Source of the DNA: an uncultured bacterium
GTDB taxonomy: Bacteria > Macinerneyibacteriota > Macinerneyibacteria > Macinerneyibacteriales > DSCS01
NCBI GenBank assembly: GCA_964548195.1
Contig: CAZJQC010000024.1
Location: 5,096-19,469 of the forward strand
Direction: 5' to 3'
Length of the DNA: 14,374 nucleotides
Shown: one piece after another, positions 7,720 to 14,374 of the stretch
How positions within the stretch are numbered: position 1 is the first letter of the stretch
Layout: every line of letters starts with the position of its first letter
The notes under the pieces: generated by a model
What the model was told of the DNA's origin: nothing
The model's database searches: none
The model's input: the letters and a program-made list of their open reading frames with translations, nothing else
Position numbers and translations under genes: made by a program

Positions 7720-8883
7720 ATGATTAACGACGACCAGTTGGGAATCAACAATCTCGGAGGGGGCAGACTGGATCTTAGCGGCTCTAAAAACGATCAAAGC
7801 GCCGTCCCCAAAAGCGGAAATAAGATAAATGTCACGGAATTGTTCAGATACATGAAAGAGCGGAACGCTTCCGACCTTCATATCACGGTCGGCAAGCCTC
7901 CCGTGGTGCGTATTGACGGCAATCTGCAGGAGATGCCCAATATGCCTATTCTGAGTCCGCAGCATACGCAGGCTCTGGTGTACAGCATCCTGACGGATGC
8001 TCAAAAGAAGGAGTTTGAGGAGACCAATGAACTGGATTTCTCCTTTTCGGTGAAGGGTGTTTCCCGTTTCAGAGGAAATGTGTTCAGGCAAAGAGGCGCT
8101 GTGGGCATGGCGGTCAGGACCATACCTTTTGAGATACTCTCATTCGAAAGGCTGGGGCTTCCGGCGATACTCAAGGATCTCTGCAGCAGGCCCAACGGGC
8201 TTGTGCTGGTGACCGGCCCCACGGGTTCCGGCAAGTCCACCACGCTGGCGGCGATGGTTGATTTTATTAATGAAAACACACGCGCCCATATAATGACGAT
8301 AGAGGACCCGATCGAGTTTGTACACCGCCATAACAACAGCGTGATCAACCAGCGTGAGGTGGGGACGGATACGGGCAGTTTTGAGGGAGCCCTGAAGCAC
8401 GTGCTGCGTCAGGATCCTGACGTCATACTTATAGGCGAGCTCAGAGACATAGATTCAATGCGCATAGCGTTGAAGATAGCGGAGACCGGGCATCTGTGCC
8501 TTGCCAGCCTCCATACCAATTCGGCTGCTCAGACCATATCCAGGATCGTGGACATATTCCCGGGTCATGAAAAACAGCAGATAAGGACCCAGCTTTCTTT
8601 TGTGCTCGAAGGGGTGATATCACAGCAGCTTATACCCTCGACCAGGGGAGGCAGGACAATAGCTTATGAAGTGCTCGTCGCCACGCCTGCAATAAGAAAC
8701 CTCGTGAGAGAAGACAAAATACAGCAGATCGTCTCCCATATGCAGACGGGCCAGAAATACGGTATGACCACGCTTAACTCGATGCTTTTCAAACTGTACA
8801 GCGACAGGGTCATCACTTATGAGGATGCCATAAGGCGATCCCCGACACCTGAAGAACTGATCAACAAGATCAACAGGACATAA
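7720..8883 (+). CDS. pilT: Type IV pilus retraction ATPase PilT
   Basis: ASDLHITVG, Walker A GPTGSGKST, TIEDPIE, INQREVG, LRQDPDVILIGE, AETGHL, and the PilT signature AIRNLVRE; RBS GGAGGAG upstream. Confidence 0.95.
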   Translation: MINDDQLGINNLGGGRLDLSGSKNDQSAVPKSGNKINVTELFRYMKERNASDLHITVGKPPVVRIDGNLQEMPNMPILSPQHTQALVYSILTDAQKKEFEETNELDFSFSVKGVSRFRGNVFRQRGAVGMAVRTIPFEILSFERLGLPAILKDLCSRPNGLVLVTGPTGSGKSTTLAAMVDFINENTRAHIMTIEDPIEFVHRHNNSVINQREVGTDTGSFEGALKHVLRQDPDVILIGELRDIDSMRIALKIAETGHLCLASLHTNSAAQTISRIVDIFPGHEKQQIRTQLSFVLEGVISQQLIPSTRGGRTIAYEVLVATPAIRNLVREDKIQQIVSHMQTGQKYGMTTLNSMLFKLYSDRVITYEDAIRRSPTPEELINKINRT

Positions 8884-8896
8884 ACGGAGGTGCGCA

Positions 8897-10093
8897 ATGC
8901 CTGTTTTTAAATATGTAGGTACCGTAGGAACAAAAAGGACCGAAGGAGAAATACAGGCAGCGGATCTGGATGATGCCAACAGAATACTCAGCGGGCGCAA
9001 TGTCAACGTGGAAAATGTCTATAAAAAGCAGAAGGAGATCAGCCTCTCTTTCGGGACGGGCATCAAGACAAAGGACCTTGTAGTCTTCACCAGGCAGTTT
9101 TCAACCATGCTCAATGCCGGCATACCTCTGGTGGACTGTCTTTCGATACTGTCCCAGCAGCTGGATAACAAGGCGCTGAAAAACGTGGTGGAAAACGTCA
9201 AGAACGAGGTGGAATCGGGAAAACCGCTCAATGAGGCATTGAGGAAATATCCAAAAGTATTCACAAACCTGTATTGTTCGCTTGTCGAGGCCGGCGAGGC
9301 CGGCGGCCTGTTGATCAATGTGCTTGAAAGGCTTTCCGGCTATATGGAGAAGAACATGGCCTTGATAGGCAAGGTCAAATCAGCCATGACGTATCCGGTA
9401 ATCATACTCATAGTCGCCGTCGGTCTTATTGGCGCGATGATGTACGGAGTCATACCGAAATTCGAAGAGATGTTCGAGAGCATGGATTCAAAACTACCGG
9501 CGCTCACACAGGGCGTTATAAATGCGAGCCGGTTTGCCCAGCATAACGTCGTGCCCATAGTGATCATAGCAATAGGGGCGATAGTGGGTTTTGTGATGTG
9601 GAAAAAAACGAAAAAGGGCGCCTACAACTGGGATAAGTTCCTTCTGAAAACCCCTCTTTTCGGCGTTATTATAAAGAAAAACGCCGTGGCGAGATTTTCC
9701 AGGACGTTCAGCACTTTGGTCGCAAGCGGCGTCGACATACTCAAGGCGCTTGAGATCACGGCCAGGACATCAGGCAACCTGGTCATAGAAAAGGCTATTA
9801 TGGATGCGAGATCCTCCATATCAGGCGGTTCCGAGATATCCATACCGCTTGCAAAATCCAAAGTCTTTCCGCCCATGGTCGTGTCAATGATATCTGCCGG
9901 CGAAAAATCGGGAGCTCTTGAAGACATGCTTACTAAGATCGCCGATTTTTACGAGCTTGAAGTGGACCAGTCAGTGGGTGCGCTCACCTCGGCAATGGAG
10001 CCGCTGATCATGGTCTTTCTGGGCGGCGGCATAGGTACAATAGTCATCGCTTTGTTTTTGCCTATTCTTACGATGGCCTCGAACATTCAGTGA
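8897..10093 (+). CDS. pilC: Type IV pilus inner-membrane platform protein PilC (GspF family)
   Basis: FTRQFSTMLNAGIPL, VEAGEAGG, KSAMTYP followed by a TM helix, and a second GspF repeat with GEKSGALEDML and EP..; RBS GGAGGT. Confidence 0.95.
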   Translation: MPVFKYVGTVGTKRTEGEIQAADLDDANRILSGRNVNVENVYKKQKEISLSFGTGIKTKDLVVFTRQFSTMLNAGIPLVDCLSILSQQLDNKALKNVVENVKNEVESGKPLNEALRKYPKVFTNLYCSLVEAGEAGGLLINVLERLSGYMEKNMALIGKVKSAMTYPVIILIVAVGLIGAMMYGVIPKFEEMFESMDSKLPALTQGVINASRFAQHNVVPIVIIAIGAIVGFVMWKKTKKGAYNWDKFLLKTPLFGVIIKKNAVARFSRTFSTLVASGVDILKALEITARTSGNLVIEKAIMDARSSISGGSEISIPLAKSKVFPPMVVSMISAGEKSGALEDMLTKIADFYELEVDQSVGALTSAMEPLIMVFLGGGIGTIVIALFLPILTMASNIQ

Positions 10094-10902
10094 TGATATC
10101 AGGAGAAATGATCCGTCGCCTCGGGCTGGATGGAGGCGAGTCAAAGAAGAGGGATATCGCCGCAGTCAGGCGTATAATAAGCGCATTCTCCCTCTTTCCG
10201 TATGAAAATATCTCAAAGATCATAAAATATTCCGGAAACGGCTGTGTATGCGATCCTTCGATATTCAGGGGACCGGATGAGATTATTTGCGACCATCTCG
10301 AAAAAAGACTGGGCGGCACCTGTTTTTCACTTACGTGGTTCTTAAAAGAGGTGCTCGACTATTTTGAGATCCCCCATTATATTATAACCGCGCATATGAG
10401 AGCCGGACGAAATGTCCATTGCGCGGTTATCGCAGAAGCCGAAGGACGGAAATTTCTCCTCGATCCCGGCTATCTCTACTCCGAACCCCTTCCGATGCAG
10501 CCGGTGTCGCGCGGCTTGTCTCCCATGGGGTTTACCATGACCGGCCTGTTTTGGGACGGAGGCATGTATAATCTGTACACATACACCGCGTATTCCGGCA
10601 TAAAATGGAGATACGCCTTTGAAGACCGCGCTGTGGACGAGGCGGAGTTCAGGGAATACTGGGCGGATTCCTTCACGGGCAAATCGATGAGGCATATATG
10701 CGTCTCAAGGTCAGCGGAGGGCAGGCAGCTTTTTTTCCTGAAGGATTTTTTGCGTATCAGTGATATCAACGGGAAAACAAATATAAAAACGGGCGATGCG
10801 GCGGCCTCAAAGCTAAGCGAGTATTTCGGCATAGATGAGGATGTGTACGCGCATGCCTTTGAATCATTGACACTCTCAAGAAAGGCGCGCGGCGATGAAT
10901 AA
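10093..10902 (+). CDS. Arylamine N-acetyltransferase family protein (Cys-His-Asp triad)
   Basis: PYENI (PFENL-like), RLGGTCF (Cys codon at 10321), NVHCAV (His at 10417) and LLDPGY (Asp at 10462). The start is uncertain: GTG 10090 and ATG 10093 overlap the pilC stop, and ATG 10108 has AGGAG only 2 nt upstream. Confidence 0.8.
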   Translation: MISGEMIRRLGLDGGESKKRDIAAVRRIISAFSLFPYENISKIIKYSGNGCVCDPSIFRGPDEIICDHLEKRLGGTCFSLTWFLKEVLDYFEIPHYIITAHMRAGRNVHCAVIAEAEGRKFLLDPGYLYSEPLPMQPVSRGLSPMGFTMTGLFWDGGMYNLYTYTAYSGIKWRYAFEDRAVDEAEFREYWADSFTGKSMRHICVSRSAEGRQLFFLKDFLRISDINGKTNIKTGDAAASKLSEYFGIDEDVYAHAFESLTLSRKARGDE

Positions 10903-11410
10903 CCTTTTGTGCAAATTTTTCTTCGGCATAATAAGGGCGCCGGATTACCCGTCAGGTAAAGCGATCAGCCTTATCAGGGAGGAGTTCGGCCCAACGGATA
11001 CACACAGTCCGGAATACCCGTTTGACATGACCGATTACTATGAGACCGAGATGGGCCGCGGGCTTATAAGAGAATTTATATCGCTTGAGGCTGTCTCCTC
11101 CCCCTCGAGCATCGTCGGGATGAAGACGCGCGCGGCTCTGATCGAGCAGCGCCTGGCCGGCGAAAACGGGTGCCGGCCCGTCAATATAGACCCGGGCTAT
11201 ATGGACTGTTTCAAGATAGTGCTGGCTTCTTACAAGGAGGGGGGGCAGAAGATCTATCTGGGAGAGGGGATCTGGGCGGATATGACGATGTATTACAAAA
11301 AAGGGCGCTGGCTTCCGTTTCCATGGACATTTCCGGACTTCAGGGACGGACGCTATGACGATTATTTGACAAGTCTGCGGGAGAAGTACAAAACCGGCAG
11401 ATATGTTTAA
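10895..11410 (+). CDS. DUF4416 family protein
   Basis: Recognised from the pattern PF..TDYY..EMG..L.R.F, RPVNIDPGY, IYLGEGIWA and PFPWTFPDFR; the start overlaps the upstream stop by 8 nt (ATGAATAA). Confidence 0.78.
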   Translation: MNNLLCKFFFGIIRAPDYPSGKAISLIREEFGPTDTHSPEYPFDMTDYYETEMGRGLIREFISLEAVSSPSSIVGMKTRAALIEQRLAGENGCRPVNIDPGYMDCFKIVLASYKEGGQKIYLGEGIWADMTMYYKKGRWLPFPWTFPDFRDGRYDDYLTSLREKYKTGRYV

Positions 11411-11418
11411 CATACATG

Positions 11419-11446
11419 TTGACTTTTATTGACGGTATGGTACTAT
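11419..11446 (+). promoter_or_regulatory. Putative sigma70/sigmaA promoter with extended -10
   Basis: TTGACT (11419-11424), 16-bp spacer, TG at 11438-11439 and -10 TACTAT (11441-11446); RBS GGAGGT (11463-11468) before ATG 11474. Confidence 0.6.
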
Positions 11447-11473
11447 ATTGAAGAAAAAATACGGAGGTGGTTT

Positions 11474-12520
11474 ATGAGTAATAGAGGTAAGAGCCTGATA
11501 GTATTGGACCTCATTATCGTGATTTTGCTGGGGGCCTTGATATATTCTTTCATCCGTCCGAATCGACTGTCCCACATCGATCTCAAATCACAGTCTGAAG
11601 TGGAAAAAGGCTTGTCGACTCTGCAGGTTGCCATTGACATGTATTCCACGAAATATTACGGCATGCTTCCCGGACGTGAAGGTGAGGATATTTCCGCAAT
11701 AGGTTCCATAATCGATGATGTTGAGAACTCTCAGGTCTTCGTTTTTGATGAGATCGATTTCGAGCACATCAGAAACGCTTTTGATCCCGCGGTAAGCGGC
11801 ACATCGTACAAAAAGAATCCGAGGGGTTATGAGATAGTTGTTTTCGCAAGAGACAGATATCCTCATAAATATGTGATGACACAGGAAAAGATCGAGATAG
11901 TCAACCCCGAAAAATCGCTTATAACCTATCTGGGCGAGCTCGACGGCATGAAAAAAGATATTGATGACGAACTCGTTGTGTTCGAAGTCGTTCAGCAGAA
12001 GGCTACCGAGATCGACGCGGATTTCGTGGAATTGAACGACAGAGATGCAGAAGGGTATTTCACCCTTATAGATTCCGTGTATCAGGCATTCAGGGACGCA
12101 AAGAGCCTTGATGAGATTAATCAGGGCGAATATGAGGATGCCAAAAAAAGGCTTCAGGAACTTGCCATAAAGGTCGAAGGTATTAAAAACGTAAAAGAGC
12201 TTTCGTCTCAGTCCATCAACAACATCGGCAAGATATCCATTCAGGCTGAAGATTATATAGCAAAGATCGATGAAATATCGTCATATCTTAAAGCCGGCAG
12301 GCTTATAAGGTTTGCATCCAAACTGAAGGGTCAGGCTGAAGATGTGAAAAAGTTCGCTGACGGCAGGGTCGATGACCTCTACCCCGTAATGATGGAACTG
12401 GTCGGTCAGGTGGAACAGCATAATGAAGAATATGTAAAATATGATGCCATGCTTCTTGATTACACAAACAAGATGCAGTTTGTCGTCCAGAAATTTGTGG
12501 ACCTTAAGAAAAACAGCTGA
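11474..12520 (+). CDS. Hypothetical membrane-anchored protein (348 aa): pilin/pseudopilin-like N-terminal domain plus long alpha-helical C-terminal region
   Basis: ATG 11474 has a perfect RBS; the ORF-track TTG 11429 lies within the promoter. There is a single N-terminal hydrophobic helix (LIVLDLIIVILLGALIYSFI), then GLSTLQVAIDMY...GMLP, then a charged, helix-favouring C-terminal half. The CDS itself is well supported; the pilin-like call is inference. Confidence 0.75.
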   Translation: MSNRGKSLIVLDLIIVILLGALIYSFIRPNRLSHIDLKSQSEVEKGLSTLQVAIDMYSTKYYGMLPGREGEDISAIGSIIDDVENSQVFVFDEIDFEHIRNAFDPAVSGTSYKKNPRGYEIVVFARDRYPHKYVMTQEKIEIVNPEKSLITYLGELDGMKKDIDDELVVFEVVQQKATEIDADFVELNDRDAEGYFTLIDSVYQAFRDAKSLDEINQGEYEDAKKRLQELAIKVEGIKNVKELSSQSINNIGKISIQAEDYIAKIDEISSYLKAGRLIRFASKLKGQAEDVKKFADGRVDDLYPVMMELVGQVEQHNEEYVKYDAMLLDYTNKMQFVVQKFVDLKKNS

Positions 12521-12546
12521 CAGTAAGAACGCATATATTATATATC

Positions 12547-12575
12547 AGGGCCGGCATCCGCCGGCCCTATTTTTT
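12547..12575 (+). terminator. Rho-independent terminator between convergent genes (possibly bidirectional)
   Basis: 9-bp stem AGGGCCGGC (12547-12555) / GCCGGCCCT (12560-12568) with loop ATCC, followed by ATTTTTT; the other flank is AT-rich. Confidence 0.75.
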
Positions 12576-14291
12576 AACATCTTTCGGGAATATTACGGTA
12601 AAGACGGAGCCTTTGCCGACGCTGCTGCTGACCTCCATGGAAGCGTTGTGAAGATTGACTATGTGCTTTACTATCGAAAGCCCCAGCCCCGTGCCCCCGG
12701 TGTTTTTGGACCTGGACCTGTCCGCGACGAAGAAGCGCTCAAATATCCGGTCCTGATCAGCCGTGCGTATCCCAATGCCGGTGTCCGACACGGTCATCTC
12801 ATTGCCCCGTTCCGTATCCTTCAGCGATACTGTGACAGAACCCTTTTCCGTGTATTTAAAAGCATTGTCCAGCAGGTTTACAAGCAGCTGTTCGATACGG
12901 AACTCCTGTCCGCGTATAACAAACGGATTTTCCGGCATATCAATATTGAATGTCAGTCCTTTTGCCGCGGCCTTGTCCCTGTAGATCAATGCGATGTCAT
13001 TGACGCAGTTTGCCAGATCGACATCTTCAAATTTCTCCCGTACTTTCCCGTCCTCCAGCTTGGAGAGTGTGATAAGGTCTGATACGATATTTATCAGCCT
13101 GTCTGTGTGTTTCTTTATGATCGCTATGTATTTCATGTTTAAGGGCGCTTTCTCTGTTTCCAGAGTCTCAACAAAACCCTTGATGGCCGTAAGGGGAGTC
13201 CTTAGCTCATGAGAGACATTTGCGACGAGGTCTTTTTTAAACATGTCGGCGTTTTTAAGTCTTGTGATGTCGTGCAGTATCACCACGTACTCCCCGGACC
13301 CCTTTACAATATTTATGCCGACCAGGTAAAATTTTTTGTCCATGGTTATTTCCGAGAGACCCTCCCCGGCGTTGTGAGCTGTTATGAGCCGTAAAAGTTC
13401 GGGGGAGTTGAGAAGATCCGAAATATGATCGCCATAGTGGAATTCTTTGTCTATGAAGCGCTTAAATCCGGAGTTGCACATGGTCAGGCGGTGTTCCCCG
13501 TCGAGTACGAAGAGATATTCTTCGAAAGATTCGATTATAGCCCTCATCTTCTCTTCGCTTTGTCTTGTGGCGCTAAAGAGCCCCTCCAGCTTTTTTGTCA
13601 TGGCATTGAAGCTTTCCGCAAGCATCCCCAGCTCATCCCTGTTTTTAAGATGCAGTTTTACCTTGAAGTTGCCCGATGCGATCTCCCCGGATGCTTCTGA
13701 AAGTGCTTTGATCGGGGCTGTGATGTATCTCGAAAGCATATATGAAAGGAGCAGTGTGAGCATAAGCACGACGGCGGTTATGCGAAGGAGGCTCATGGCT
13801 ATGTCGCGTATAAGGCCTGTGATATCCTCAAGATACATGCTTACCCGTATTACGCTGTATACTTCCCCGTTTTCGGATACGGGTACGGTGACATAAAGCA
13901 TGTCCCGCTTTACGGATTCGGAGAACCTCTTTGAGATGCCGACTTTGCCCGAAAAAGCCTTTCTGATCTCGATCCGGTCGGCATGGTTTTCCAGTTCCGA
14001 CAGTTTTTTTTCGGAATCTGCCAGCACCGTGCCGTCTTTGCCTATGAGTGTGACGCGCATCTCCGTATCCCGGGCAAGTTCGGTGACGGCGGCGTCGGCC
14101 TTTTCCGGCTGTGCGATCAGTTCGGTCGCGTAGGGTATAAGCGCGCGGGCCTGTGTCTCAAGGTTCTTTGCCACCGTCGATATATAATGGGACTGTATAG
14201 ACTTGAAAGAAAAAAAGCTCACGGGTATGAGCAGAAACACGATTATCAGTATGTACGAAAACAGTATTTTTACAAAAACGGATTTTCTCAT
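12567..14291 (-). CDS. phoR: PhoR-like sensor histidine kinase (TM, extracytoplasmic sensor, TM, HAMP, PAS, HisKA, HATPase_c)
   Basis: H-box NVSHELRTPLT, N-box NLLDNAFKYT, G1 DTGIGI, F-box IFERFF, G2 GGTGLGLSIVK, HAMP DELGMLAESFNAM, and the sensor-domain motif LADS...ENHADRIEI seen in PhoR-type kinases. The kinase call is firm; the phosphate-sensing role and the gene symbol are inferred. Confidence 0.85.
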   Translation of the reverse strand: MRKSVFVKILFSYILIIVFLLIPVSFFSFKSIQSHYISTVAKNLETQARALIPYATELIAQPEKADAAVTELARDTEMRVTLIGKDGTVLADSEKKLSELENHADRIEIRKAFSGKVGISKRFSESVKRDMLYVTVPVSENGEVYSVIRVSMYLEDITGLIRDIAMSLLRITAVVLMLTLLLSYMLSRYITAPIKALSEASGEIASGNFKVKLHLKNRDELGMLAESFNAMTKKLEGLFSATRQSEEKMRAIIESFEEYLFVLDGEHRLTMCNSGFKRFIDKEFHYGDHISDLLNSPELLRLITAHNAGEGLSEITMDKKFYLVGINIVKGSGEYVVILHDITRLKNADMFKKDLVANVSHELRTPLTAIKGFVETLETEKAPLNMKYIAIIKKHTDRLINIVSDLITLSKLEDGKVREKFEDVDLANCVNDIALIYRDKAAAKGLTFNIDMPENPFVIRGQEFRIEQLLVNLLDNAFKYTEKGSVTVSLKDTERGNEMTVSDTGIGIRTADQDRIFERFFVADRSRSKNTGGTGLGLSIVKHIVNLHNASMEVSSSVGKGSVFTVIFPKDVKK

Positions 14292-14374
14292 AAGTCTAAT
14301 TTATAACCCACCCCTCTGATATTTTTCAAGAGCCCGCCATGCGCTCCCAGTTTTTCCCTCAGATGATTCACATG
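14288..14374 (-). CDS. OmpR/PhoB-family response regulator, C-terminal end (5'-truncated by the window edge)
   Basis: Translating the reverse complement from 14374 gives HVNHLREKLGAHGGLLKNIRGVGYKLDL-stop, matching the winged-helix recognition helix and wing (..H...LR.KL...RGVGY). Its TGA overlaps the kinase ATG (ATGA). Not listed in the ORF track. Confidence 0.9.
   Translation of the reverse strand, partial: HVNHLREKLGAHGGLLKNIRGVGYKLDL

Noticed and set aside
5996..10093. Type II secretion system (gspE/gspF) interpretation
   Set aside because: The intervening retraction ATPase with the AIRNLVRE motif identifies a type IV pilus motor; T2SS lacks PilT.
11429..11473. Upstream TTG start for the membrane-anchored protein given in the ORF track
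   Set aside because: It overlaps the promoter elements, whereas ATG 11474 has a perfect GGAGGT RBS.
11474..12520. Somewhat AT-richer composition suggesting horizontal acquisition
   Set aside because: The shift is modest by eye and can be explained by the Lys/Ile/Asp/Glu-rich protein. There are no flanking direct repeats, tRNA, integrase or transposase.
12441..13082. 213-aa + strand ORF
   Set aside because: It is mostly antisense to the conserved HATPase domain of the kinase and runs through the terminator hairpin. Long antisense frames are a common artefact over histidine kinase genes.
366..14306. The many short or overlapping alternative ORFs in the track (e.g. 562-1173 -, 8620-9006 -, 10952-11413 -, 13447-13896 +)
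   Set aside because: They lie antisense or out of frame to genes with clear family motifs, and none shows a recognisable motif of its own. They are shadow ORFs.
1..14374. CRISPR arrays, tRNA/rRNA, riboswitches, IS elements, tandem repeats, defence or toxin-antitoxin genes
   Set aside because: The longest intergenic gap is about 106 nt (2510-2615). I saw no repeat-spacer periodicity, cloverleaf, known riboswitch consensus, terminal inverted repeats or nuclease/RT motifs. A covariance-model scan (Infernal/Rfam) was not possible here.

Overview
Gene-dense bacterial chromosomal segment of roughly balanced GC content, using the standard genetic code, probably from an anaerobe (inferred from the 2-oxoacid:ferredoxin oxidoreductase). 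On the + strand, in order: the 3' part of a PLP-dependent Orn/Lys/Arg decarboxylase; a divergent NhaC-family transporter; a sigma70-type promoter driving an uncharacterised P-loop ATPase plus a four-subunit VOR/KOR-type 2-oxoacid:ferredoxin oxidoreductase (delta-alpha-beta-gamma); the type IV pilus motor genes pilB (N-terminal tandem MshEN-like motif), pilT and pilC; an arylamine N-acetyltransferase-fold gene and a DUF4416 gene, chained to pilC by overlapping stop/start codons; and a separately promoted membrane-anchored protein that looks like a pilin/pseudopilin head with a non-canonical processing site fused to a ~200-aa helical tail. On the - strand, converging on a shared hairpin, are a PhoR-like sensor kinase and the last 28 residues of an OmpR/PhoB-family response regulator that is missing from the ORF track. 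I found no RNA genes, mobile elements, CRISPR arrays or long repeats. Most of the window is recognisable housekeeping content. The best candidates for something undescribed are the pilin-like/helical fusion protein, the NAT + DUF4416 pair coupled to pilC, and the decarboxylase paired with a motif-altered NhaC-type carrier. All family calls come from motif recognition by eye, not from database searches.
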